From positions 1-41,215 of IMG/VR virus record IMGVR_UViG_3300030334_000023: 41,215 nt of DNA; one strand, written 5' to 3'. Both the position numbers and the translations under genes were made by a program. Shown here in pieces: positions 33,919-41,215 of this stretch. How positions within the stretch are numbered: the first letter of the stretch is position 1; each line of letters opens with the position of its first letter. The notes beneath the pieces were generated by a model. That model was not told the origin of the DNA, did no database searches, and saw only the letters and a program-made list of their open reading frames with translations. This DNA comes from a virus (lineage: Duplodnaviria > Caudoviricetes).

Positions 33919-35730
33919 ATGCTACAGCCAAGGTTTTATCAACAGGATTCTCACGACGCCGTAATTGCCCACTGGCGCGCATCAACGCTGCCCGTTGTTG
34001 TAGAGGCGGCCACCGGGGCAGGCAAGTCCGTCATCGTCGCCATGCTGGCAAAGACGCTGCATGATTTGTCTGGCGGCAAGCGCGTTCTTTGTCTCGCCCC
34101 ATCTGCCGAGCTTGTCACGCAGAACGCCGAGAAGTACCGCGCCATTGGCGAGAAGTGCAGCGTTTACAGCGCGAGCGCCGGGCAAAAGAGCCTGCGACAT
34201 CAAGTGGTGTTTGCCACAGAGGGCACATTCAAGAAGGTCGCCAAGCGCTTAGGTTCCGAGTTCGCTGGCGTCATCGTTGATGAATGCCACCGGATAACGC
34301 CGACGATCCAGAGGATCATCGACGACATGCGGGCAGGCAACGCGAATTTGCGCGTAGCGGGGCTTTCGGCTACTCCATACCGCCTCGGTACGGGGTTCAT
34401 ATACGGCGTAGACCAGGACGGCAGGGCGCTTGCGGAGAGCGTGGCGCTTGAGCCTTACTTTCACCAATGCGTGTATAGCATCGGCGCGCGCATGCTGCTA
34501 GACCTAGGATTCCTGACGCCATTGTGTGCTGGGACAATCAATGCCGCCAAGTACGACACAAGCGGCTTGAAGGTGCAGAGCAATGGGCAGTTCAGTGCGG
34601 CGACGGTAAAGGCGGCTTTTGAGGGCTGGGGGCGCAAGACGGCGGCGATTGTTGCTGACATTGTCGCCCAAACCCAAGACGCCACAGGGGTAATGATCTT
34701 TGCGGCGACTGTCGAGCACGCTAAAGAGGTGATGGCTAGCCTGCACCCAGACAATGCGCGCCTGATCACTGGAGCAACCCCGAAGGGCGAGCGCGACAAG
34801 ATCATATCTGACTTCAAGGCAGGTAAATTCCTGTACCTCGTGAACGTTGCGGTCCTGACCACTGGCTTTGACGCCCCGAACGTTTCGCACATTGCGATTC
34901 TGCGCAAGACCGAATCGGTTAGCCTGCTGCAACAGATCATGGGGCGCGGCATGCGCCTGTTTGATGGCAAAGATGAATGCGTGGTGCTCGACTACGCGGG
35001 CAATATTGAAACGCACTGCCCAGACGGAGACCTATACGCGCCGCAGGTGAAAGCCGCCTACCAGTCCGAAGGCTTGGAGCCTATCGAGGCCGTATGCGAG
35101 TCATGCAGCCGTATCAACCTGTTCAGCGCTCGCAAGAATGATGCGGGTTTCGAGGTTGACCAGTACGGGTATTTTGTCGACCTGTCGGGCCAGCGGATCA
35201 TGGTACAGAGCGCCAACGGTGACATGCTTCCGATGCCTGCGCATTACGGCAGGCGTTGCCAGCATTCGCACATTCGAACGGGCGAGCGCTGCGACTATTA
35301 CTGGTCGTGCAAGGTCTGCCCTGTCTGCGACCATGCCAACGATATTGCGGCGCGTTTTTGTGGCGGGTGCAAGGCGGAGCTTATCAACCCGAATGACAAG
35401 CTCATTGAAATGCACCGCCTGCACAAGAAAGATCCGACCAATCCGCAGTGCGACGAATGCTTGAGCATTGAGTATGTGCGCGGTATCAGTCGCGCCGGTA
35501 ATGACATGATCACGGCGACGATCACCACGCCGCGCCGCAAGTTCCCGGTGTACCTGCTGGAGAACAGCAGCTATCAGGCGCAGAAGAAGCACGCATTTTC
35601 GCTTGCCACTGATGAGTTCAAAACAACGCCGAGGACCGTAAGCTACGTCAAAGACGGCGACTTCTGGAAGGTGCTGGGCTTTGGCGCACCGACCGACGAT
35701 GAATTGTTGCAGGAGAAGATAACAGCATGA
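33919..35730 (+). CDS. superfamily 2 helicase (RadD/YejH-like) with C-terminal zinc fingers
   Basis: ATGAGKS, VDECH, SATPYR, LTTGFD, QIMGRGMR; CxxC clusters. Confidence 0.93.
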   Translation: MLQPRFYQQDSHDAVIAHWRASTLPVVVEAATGAGKSVIVAMLAKTLHDLSGGKRVLCLAPSAELVTQNAEKYRAIGEKCSVYSASAGQKSLRHQVVFATEGTFKKVAKRLGSEFAGVIVDECHRITPTIQRIIDDMRAGNANLRVAGLSATPYRLGTGFIYGVDQDGRALAESVALEPYFHQCVYSIGARMLLDLGFLTPLCAGTINAAKYDTSGLKVQSNGQFSAATVKAAFEGWGRKTAAIVADIVAQTQDATGVMIFAATVEHAKEVMASLHPDNARLITGATPKGERDKIISDFKAGKFLYLVNVAVLTTGFDAPNVSHIAILRKTESVSLLQQIMGRGMRLFDGKDECVVLDYAGNIETHCPDGDLYAPQVKAAYQSEGLEPIEAVCESCSRINLFSARKNDAGFEVDQYGYFVDLSGQRIMVQSANGDMLPMPAHYGRRCQHSHIRTGERCDYYWSCKVCPVCDHANDIAARFCGGCKAELINPNDKLIEMHRLHKKDPTNPQCDECLSIEYVRGISRAGNDMITATITTPRRKFPVYLLENSSYQAQKKHAFSLATDEFKTTPRTVSYVKDGDFWKVLGFGAPTDDELLQEKITA

Positions 35731-36134
35731 AGATGCCCCGATGGTTACCTGTATACGGCGACCAGTCGTACAGAGGCGATTGCCCTAAAGAGGCCGCCGA
35801 GCAGGTAACGTTTTTCAATCAGGTGCGAATGACCGAGTGGGCAAGCGTTGCGCTTCACCCAAGAAACGAGGGCAAGTTTACGCATGCCCAGGTTGCACGA
35901 ATGAAGGCAGAGGGCATGCTTCCGGGCGCATCAGATATCATCATAATTGGATCGCCCGTGTTCTGCTGCGAGCTGAAACGGCGCGATCATACCAAGTCGT
36001 CATGGCAGCCTGGGCAGCTGGAATTTCTGGAGGATTCACTAAGGCGCGGCGCGTTTGTATGTGTTGCGCTTGGGTTTGAAGCGGCATGGGAGGCGTTTCA
36101 GGAATGGATATTGACGCAACCGCCACCAAAATAA
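35727..36134 (+). CDS. VRR-NUC family nuclease
   Basis: EQV, HPRNEG, EGMLPGASDIII, CELKR, GQLEFL. Confidence 0.85.
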   Translation: MKMPRWLPVYGDQSYRGDCPKEAAEQVTFFNQVRMTEWASVALHPRNEGKFTHAQVARMKAEGMLPGASDIIIIGSPVFCCELKRRDHTKSSWQPGQLEFLEDSLRRGAFVCVALGFEAAWEAFQEWILTQPPPK

Positions 36135-36376
36135 CAGCCCTCCCAAAATCCGAATGGCTAGCCGCTGTCGAAGCGCTACCAGAAGCCGAACGTGAGCCGG
36201 TAAAGGACGCCATTCGGCTCATGTTTAGGCGGCATTCGGCCTTTCGGGTATATATCGAGGGCAAGCGCCAGCCGGTGAGCATGATCGTGACGGAGAGGGC
36301 TACGGTGGCGGAGGCTTTGGATGTGGCGCGGCAGGTTTTTATTAGGCATGTGGTTATTAGGGTGGAGGTGGTTTGA
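36104..36376 (+). CDS. hypothetical protein
   Basis: ATG at 36104; 90 aa. Confidence 0.6.
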   Translation: MDIDATATKITALPKSEWLAAVEALPEAEREPVKDAIRLMFRRHSAFRVYIEGKRQPVSMIVTERATVAEALDVARQVFIRHVVIRVEVV

Positions 36377-36468
36377 TGCTTTATTTCTTCGCGTTTTTCT
36401 TCCTGCTTTGCGGGGAATACATGATCGCGTTTATGTGTCTGTGTCTCGCTGCGGCGGTTGATGCTTAA
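36376..36468 (+). CDS. 30-aa hydrophobic peptide
   Basis: MLYFFAFFFLLCGEYMIAFMCLCLAAAVDA; GGAGGTG RBS and TGATG overlap. Confidence 0.55.
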   Translation: MLYFFAFFFLLCGEYMIAFMCLCLAAAVDA

Positions 36469-36470
36469 TT

Positions 36471-36512
36471 CCGACCAACGGTCAACACACACGGCGCGGA
36501 ATAGATTAAGGT
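36471..36512 (+). promoter_or_regulatory. AlgR-like box promoter (copy 6)
   Basis: CCGACCAACGGTCA, 22 nt, TAAGGT. Confidence 0.65.
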
Positions 36513-36548
36513 TTGGTTTTGATAAAAAGGAGGTGGGAAGTGGAAAGA

Positions 36549-36692
36549 ATGTACAACGTTGTAGCAATCAACGAAAAGACCGGCGACGTTATCCAGCTTA
36601 ACGCCACGCCGATGACGCATAAAGAGGCTTGCACGTTCAAGTCGAAGTTCATCGATTATCCGGGGCGGCGCATCCAGTTGGAGGAAGCATGA
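36549..36692 (+). CDS. 47-aa hypothetical protein (below cutoff)
   Basis: MYNVVAINEKTGDVIQLNATPMTHKEACTFKSKF...; AAGGAGG RBS (alternative GTG at 36540); ATGA overlap downstream. Confidence 0.7.
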   Translation: MYNVVAINEKTGDVIQLNATPMTHKEACTFKSKFIDYPGRRIQLEEA

Positions 36693-36892
36693 AACTCAAA
36701 TTCTGGAACCCAATCGTACGCCGCAAGGCGCACAAGAAGCCAAAGCCGTCACGGATCAAGGCCCGCCACATGCTTCACGGAGGACCGCTTGACGGGCACA
36801 AAGTCTGCCTGTGCACGTCTGGCACGATCCCGTTCAGCATGGGCGAATATCGCGGCTACTACGACATGTCGAACCAATGGTGCGGGCTATGA
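36689..36892 (+). CDS. hypothetical protein (GGPLDG motif)
   Basis: ATG at 36689 after GGAGG. Confidence 0.65.
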   Translation: MKLKFWNPIVRRKAHKKPKPSRIKARHMLHGGPLDGHKVCLCTSGTIPFSMGEYRGYYDMSNQWCGL

Positions 36893-37077
36893 GCCAAGAC
36901 GATTTCATCCTGAACAACGTGAAGGCAGAGTTGATGAAAGCGCGGATCAGCGAGCGCATCGCGGGACTTGCCGCCCAAGACGCCTTGCACTACTACCGAC
37001 AGTGCTCGCACTTCAAGAAGTCCGCATGGGCCGATACGATGGCTTATGCGAAGAAGCGGGCGAAAGCGATCAAGTAG
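36889..37077 (+). CDS. hypothetical protein
   Basis: ATG at 36889 with ATGA overlap. Confidence 0.65.
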   Translation: MSQDDFILNNVKAELMKARISERIAGLAAQDALHYYRQCSHFKKSAWADTMAYAKKRAKAIK

Positions 37078-37119
37078 CCGACGAACGGTAGCCCACTCCC
37101 CGCACGGATGGGCTACTAT
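37078..37119 (+). promoter_or_regulatory. AlgR-like box promoter (copy 7)
   Basis: CCGACGAACGGTAG, 22 nt, TACTAT. Confidence 0.75.
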
Positions 37120-37149
37120 CACTGCACGAACAACGGAGGAGGTGAAGTA

Positions 37150-37530
37150 ATGACATTAGAAGAGCGTTTCCAGCAGATAAAGAACCAACTGGCGGAGAGC
37201 ATGCAAGAATCTGCCGCCGAAGCAATGAAGAGCGTTCACGACGACATGATGCCGTTCATCGAGGCCGACTCTTTTGTAAATGCTCGCTATGTCGCCGAGC
37301 GTGCACTTGACGATCTGATTTGCGGTCGATTCGTGCGCAACGGCGACTATGTCAGCGTCACCGGAAGCGAAGGCGTGTCAATCCGTCTCAAGATGACTAC
37401 CCATCAATACGACGGATTGCGCAAGAGTATGCTTGATGTCATGCCCGAATGCCCCAAGGACTTGGAGATTCGCAGCTTGCGCGAGCAGCTTGAAGAGATT
37501 CGCCGCAGCACTTTCGGCCTTGGCGCATAA
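37150..37530 (+). CDS. hypothetical protein
   Basis: ATG at 37150 after GGAGGAGGT. Confidence 0.75.
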   Translation: MTLEERFQQIKNQLAESMQESAAEAMKSVHDDMMPFIEADSFVNARYVAERALDDLICGRFVRNGDYVSVTGSEGVSIRLKMTTHQYDGLRKSMLDVMPECPKDLEIRSLREQLEEIRRSTFGLGA

Positions 37531-37542
37531 GGAGCACACGTT

Positions 37543-37698
37543 ATGACAATGGCAACACGCAAACCACGCAAAGAGCTGGAGCGCATCCAGCTCCAACGCC
37601 GCACCGCAATCCGCCGTGCGGAACGTATCGACGAAATGGGCGCGGACTACCTAATGCACCCGGAAAACAAGGGCGTTAATTGGAGGGCAGCACAATGA
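37543..37698 (+). CDS. 51-aa basic hypothetical protein (below cutoff)
   Basis: MTMATRKPRKELERIQLQRR..MGADYLMHPEN; TAAGGAG RBS; ATGA overlap. Confidence 0.65.
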   Translation: MTMATRKPRKELERIQLQRRTAIRRAERIDEMGADYLMHPENKGVNWRAAQ

Positions 37699-37898
37699 CC
37701 ACACAACAACAGCGCGACATCACCACAACCGAGAACGCAGACCTGCTGCGCGACCGCTGCGAGGCGCTGGAATATCTGTTGGCTGGCGCTCTGCAACGCC
37801 TGCGCGAGGCCGATCAGGTCTATGCGGTAGCCGAGGCGTTCGACCAGGGGCGCTATTCTGTTGAGGATGTTTTGAAGCATAAGGAGCTGGAAGCATGA
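37695..37898 (+). CDS. hypothetical protein
   Basis: ATG at 37695 after GGAGG. Confidence 0.65.
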   Translation: MTTQQQRDITTTENADLLRDRCEALEYLLAGALQRLREADQVYAVAEAFDQGRYSVEDVLKHKELEA

Positions 37899-38095
37899 AA
37901 CGCGATACAGTGATTCGATATGTGCTTAATCGCCTCAAAGGCGTTCGCTATGGCCGCAACCCGGAATACGAGTTCGGCGTGCTGCACGGCATCCTGCTGG
38001 TTTCGTCGCTGTCTGGGTCGATCACTAGCGACGAGTTCAGCAACCTGATGGACCTATCCATGAGCGCCCGAAACCACGCGGCGGAGGCAGCATGA
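37895..38095 (+). CDS. hypothetical protein
   Basis: AAGGAG RBS; ATGA overlaps. Confidence 0.65.
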   Translation: MKRDTVIRYVLNRLKGVRYGRNPEYEFGVLHGILLVSSLSGSITSDEFSNLMDLSMSARNHAAEAA

Positions 38096-38934
38096 AACAA
38101 GAACATGAAATGACGCCGGGTGTGTTGGTGTCGGATGGCAAGATTCCTGATGTGCTCGTGCCGAGCGTAGCCACGCGCGAAATGAAGGACGCCGCACTTG
38201 CAGAGCTTGAGCGCCAAGGCTTCGACTGCCAAGACTTTGTTGTGCAGCCGGTTTATCAGGCCATGCTATCCGCCGCCCCTGCGCCTGTTGAGCGGGCAAC
38301 TGACAAGGAATCGTTGTCGGTTGACCAGCTATGGGCCGTTCACGCTCAAGGCCCGGACGAGCTGTACCCGGCATTCAATCGCGACGACGCCGAAAAGCAC
38401 GCAGCGGCGCTGAACGCGCTGTCGGCCAACTGCGACATCAAAGTATCGGCTGTAGTTGTCGAGTCGCCGTGGCCGCATGTTGATCACTGGAAGTATCTCG
38501 CAGAGCAGGAGCGCGAGCACGCAGAACAGTTTGTGGACGTAGATGCAATCTTTCCAAAGGCTGCGCCTGTTGAGCGGGTGGAGACTGATAAGCGAATTGA
38601 TATGTGGGGCAGGATTCATGACTTGGCTGTGTCGAAAGGGTATGACCATGTTCTTTACGCCGTCGAGTGCGCCCCAGTTTACAAGTGTGACTGCATGGGC
38701 GCTCGAAAGGTAGCTTTAGATCTAGACGGAAATACCATGCCTTGCGAGTGCGTGACCGCTGCAAACGACACCACCCCGCAGCCCTCGCCAGCCCCTGCCG
38801 CCCCGGATGTGGCTGGGCTGGTTGAGGCGCTGGAAGGTTTAATGCGAATTGAGTCGCGCGACAGGGTAATGCCAATCGGTAAGGAATGGGACGCTGCTCG
38901 CGCAGCCGTCGCCGCCTTCCATAGGGAGGGTTGA
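38092..38934 (+). CDS. mosaic early accessory protein
   Basis: Modules (VP..ATREM..YQAMLSAAP; LWAVHAQGPD; CDC..C.C; LVEAL..ARAA) joined by Pro/Ala linkers. Confidence 0.7.
   Translation: MKQEHEMTPGVLVSDGKIPDVLVPSVATREMKDAALAELERQGFDCQDFVVQPVYQAMLSAAPAPVERATDKESLSVDQLWAVHAQGPDELYPAFNRDDAEKHAAALNALSANCDIKVSAVVVESPWPHVDHWKYLAEQEREHAEQFVDVDAIFPKAAPVERVETDKRIDMWGRIHDLAVSKGYDHVLYAVECAPVYKCDCMGARKVALDLDGNTMPCECVTAANDTTPQPSPAPAAPDVAGLVEALEGLMRIESRDRVMPIGKEWDAARAAVAAFHREG
38279..38578 (+). repeat. 18-bp direct repeat CTGCGCCTGTTGAGCGGG
   Basis: Identical copies at 38279-38296 and 38561-38578 flanking one protein module. Confidence 0.8.
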
Positions 38935-38937
38935 GGG

Positions 38938-39150
38938 ATGAATCTGCCGACTTACTGCAAAGAGTGCGGAAGCGAGAAGCTGTCATGGTCTACGCACAAC
39001 AAAACGCCGAGCGACGTACCTGACGGTCGGCTTCGATCTAACGAGGTTCACTGTCTCTTTGTGCTGGGCTGCGACGAGTGCTCAGAAACCCTGAAAGTAG
39101 TCAGCGCCGACGCCATTGCCGAGTTTCTTACCCGGGAGCAGCAGCCATGA
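38938..39150 (+). CDS. small zinc-binding protein
   Basis: CKEC..GCDECSETL. Confidence 0.7.
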   Translation: MNLPTYCKECGSEKLSWSTHNKTPSDVPDGRLRSNEVHCLFVLGCDECSETLKVVSADAIAEFLTREQQP

Positions 39151-39467
39151 CTGATAAGCCGGAGGTGGTGGCGTACGGTTGGGAGCATAGAGGGCGGCAT
39201 GCCTGTGTTGACCCGGCGTACGCAGCGCAGCTTATGGGTGATGGAGAGCAGGTTTATGCCTTGATACGCCTCACCGACCACGAAAGGTTGCAAGCTGAGG
39301 CGGAAAGGTTGCAAGCCGACCACGAAGCCGCCCGCGCAGCAGACAAGGCGCGGATCAAGCTGCTGGAGGCGGCGCTTAATCATGTCCGAAAGGAGCTGGG
39401 GATTGATTGGCTGCACCCGTGTTTTGATGCCGCTCGTGACGCCCTATCCCAGCAGGGGAAGGAGTGA
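39147..39467 (+). CDS. hypothetical protein
   Basis: ATG at 39147; internal ERLQAEA/ERLQADH duplication. Confidence 0.65.
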   Translation: MTDKPEVVAYGWEHRGRHACVDPAYAAQLMGDGEQVYALIRLTDHERLQAEAERLQADHEAARAADKARIKLLEAALNHVRKELGIDWLHPCFDAARDALSQQGKE

Positions 39468-39471
39468 CCGC

Positions 39472-39726
39472 ATGGGGATTACTACAAAGACGGTAGAGAC
39501 ATGCACTTGTGATCTCTGCGGGGCAGTCTGCGGCAAGCACGACGGAAACATTTTCATTGAAGTTTATCCCGGCGATGGCCGCGATGTTGGCCCGGGGCAT
39601 GTTATGGCAGAACTGCGCGTGCACATTCCGTATAAGGCAAGCAACGGGATAGCTTGCCGCGCCTGCAAGATTAAATGGCTATCAAAGTACGTTGCTGACC
39701 AGCAGGGCAAGGAGGGTGAGAAGTGA
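39472..39726 (+). CDS. small zinc-binding protein
   Basis: TCDLCG..CRAC; AAGGAG RBS. Confidence 0.65.
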   Translation: MGITTKTVETCTCDLCGAVCGKHDGNIFIEVYPGDGRDVGPGHVMAELRVHIPYKASNGIACRACKIKWLSKYVADQQGKEGEK

Positions 39727-39941
39727 GCATTCACATTCATGCGCCTGCTGGCGTGTACGTCGCCCAGGTACGCAAGCACGGCCATCGCTTGTGGGAGACG
39801 GTCGGCAAGCCAACGAAGTGCAAGCGCTCTGCTGCGAAACGCGCTGTCGGCGCGATGGTCGCCAGAGACTGCAAGCGTGCACGAGTGCTCTGGTGTTGTG
39901 AGTGGTATGACCCTTACGTGGTGATGGAGGCCAGTGGATGA
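39723..39941 (+). CDS. hypothetical protein
   Basis: GTGA overlap; GGAGG RBS. Confidence 0.6.
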   Translation: MSIHIHAPAGVYVAQVRKHGHRLWETVGKPTKCKRSAAKRAVGAMVARDCKRARVLWCCEWYDPYVVMEASG

Positions 39942-40150
39942 CCACCCTTCCCTTCGACATAGCCCGCTGCGCCGGACGCTTTGATCTGATGCCGGACGGC
40001 CAGTGGTGCCCGGAGCGCGACACCTGCCAGAGGTATTTAGCTTTTGTGCAGTGGGATCGCGGCGTAGTGGCTGACTATCGCAGCATCCGCGTGAACATGG
40101 CCGCACCGGATTGCAAACACAAAATCGAGGTGACAAATGAACCAATCTGA
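39938..40150 (+). CDS. small Cys-rich protein
   Basis: DIARC.G..CPERDTCQRY motif; ATGA overlap. Confidence 0.65.
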   Translation: MTTLPFDIARCAGRFDLMPDGQWCPERDTCQRYLAFVQWDRGVVADYRSIRVNMAAPDCKHKIEVTNEPI

Positions 40151-40463
40151 ATCCCATCCATTCGGCGCATACACTGTCGCCGCTCGCCAGGCTGACCGGG
40201 CGATGATTGAGCTTTTGACGTTGGACTATCTGAACAATGGCGGAGCGATCACGTCGCTTGATCCGCAGCCAGAGCCAGAGCCGCCAGCGCCTGCAAGACA
40301 GAAGCGAGAAAAGCACGTATATCAAGGCGAGCAAATCAAGCTGCGCGATGTTGCCAAGATGGCGGGTATACACGAAAACAGCCTGCGATCGCGCATGAAA
40401 AACAAGGGGGTGACTCTTGAAGAAGCCATAGCAATGGGTCCGCCGCGCGGATCGAAGTCATGA
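40137..40463 (+). CDS. SutA-like segment fused to HTH DNA-binding domain
   Basis: RQADRAMIELLTLDYLNNGGAITSLDPQPEPEPP, then YQGEQIKLRDVAKMAGIHENSLRSRM..LEEAI. Confidence 0.6.
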   Translation: MNQSESHPFGAYTVAARQADRAMIELLTLDYLNNGGAITSLDPQPEPEPPAPARQKREKHVYQGEQIKLRDVAKMAGIHENSLRSRMKNKGVTLEEAIAMGPPRGSKS

Positions 40464-40675
40464 CACGCCCACACTACGACAGCCGCGAGTGCTATTGCGA
40501 TCACAAGCTGGCCGGCACTGGCGCTGTCTTCTACCAGTCAACCGGCTGGCTGTACTGCACGGTCTGCGAAGGTTGGCAGCGGATCAGAAAGCCTGTTGAT
40601 CCGACGAACGGTAGTGCAGGCAGCCAAGAGCGCAGCTATAGTGACTCCACTACCAACACGGAGGCGTTACCATGA
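40460..40675 (+). CDS. small zinc-binding protein
   Basis: CYC..CTVC; ATGA overlaps. Confidence 0.55.
   Translation: MTRPHYDSRECYCDHKLAGTGAVFYQSTGWLYCTVCEGWQRIRKPVDPTNGSAGSQERSYSDSTTNTEALP
40601..40642 (+). promoter_or_regulatory. AlgR-like box promoter (copy 8)
   Basis: CCGACGAACGGTAG, 22 nt, TATAGT; then ACCAACACGGAGG RBS. Confidence 0.75.
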
Positions 40676-40875
40676 ACTCGCAAGAACTCGCAGCACTCAC
40701 AGAGAAATTCCAGCGCAACGGCGGCAAGGTTAAGCAATGCGCAACAGGCGACAACGCGGTACGTTACATTCCGCGTAACTTAATGCACTGTCAATGCGGC
40801 TGCAACGGCGATTACACTGACCACAGCATGCGCGCTGGCGAGTCTGGCCGGTGTGCTAGTGTGATTATTCTATAA
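40672..40875 (+). CDS. SutA-like small protein with Cys/His tail
   Basis: SQELAALTEKFQRNGGKVKQCATG, then HCQCGC..DH..C. Confidence 0.6.
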   Translation: MNSQELAALTEKFQRNGGKVKQCATGDNAVRYIPRNLMHCQCGCNGDYTDHSMRAGESGRCASVIIL

Positions 40876-40886
40876 GGAGAAGGGAA

Positions 40887-41215
40887 ATGACTAAGTTTGT
40901 GACGATTTTGGCGCGGGAGTTGGGGGAGTGGCCGGAGAATCAGACGTTCGCCACTCAGGACCCGGACAAAGAGGTAAGGTTTAATGACTCCAGGCATGAT
41001 TTTTATGCGTCCGAGCTTGCCGATGATGCCGGGGAGGATTACGGCGAGGGGGTCGAGGTAACCCGCGAAATGTGGCAAGCCGAACGCGAGCGCCTGAGTG
41101 CGCCGGAGTGGGATGGTGAGGGGTTGCCGGGTGTTGGGGTTGAGTGTGAGTATCGCAGCGGCTACGTTGAGCGGCCTTACACTTACTCATCGTGCCGGAT
41201 CATCGCTCATTTCGA
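40887..41215 (+). CDS. hypothetical phage protein, 5' part (continues at base 1)
   Basis: ATG at 40887 after AAGGAG; LARELGEWP..QD.D, VTREMWQAER, WDGEGLPGVGVECE motifs; no stop before the window end. Confidence 0.8.
   Translation, partial: MTKFVTILARELGEWPENQTFATQDPDKEVRFNDSRHDFYASELADDAGEDYGEGVEVTREMWQAERERLSAPEWDGEGLPGVGVECEYRSGYVERPYTYSSCRIIAHF

Noticed and set aside
16163-40614. CRISPR array or mini-array interpretation of the repeated 14-mer
   Set aside because: Copies are dispersed, on both strands and tied to -10 elements, not separated by regular spacers

Overview
The window is an apparently complete, circularly permuted ~41.2 kb podovirus genome: one ORF runs in frame from 40887 across the end into 1..247. 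The minus strand (431-27307) carries a lysis cassette (holin, SAR endolysin, Rz/Rz1), two receptor-binding proteins, a P22-like virion/packaging module (terS, terL, portal, scaffold, coat, gp4, gp10, short gp26-position gene, gp14, three ejection proteins), an HNH/phosphoesterase block, a structured non-coding region and early accessory genes. The plus strand (27910-468) carries primase, a Sak4-like ATPase, SSB, HNH, YqaJ exonuclease, SF2 helicase, VRR-NUC and many small early genes. An AT-rich putative origin lies between the two arms. I see no integrase, CI-type repressor or tRNA. The main signals are regulatory. (1) Eight copies of GAC(G/C)AACGG, the reverse complement of the Pseudomonas AlgR box core CCGTTCGTC; seven sit at a fixed class II activator position (centred near -41.5) in front of early genes. 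(2) Two small proteins resemble the RNAP-binding segment of Pseudomonas SutA, one fused to an HTH. (3) Several structured RNAs: twin three-way-junction leaders, a cloverleaf RNA with loop-loop pairing, and a leader attenuator. (4) An HNH insertion left a duplicated, diverged gene 3' end. A Pseudomonadaceae host is inferred, not shown. All family calls come from motif recognition by eye; no database searches were run.
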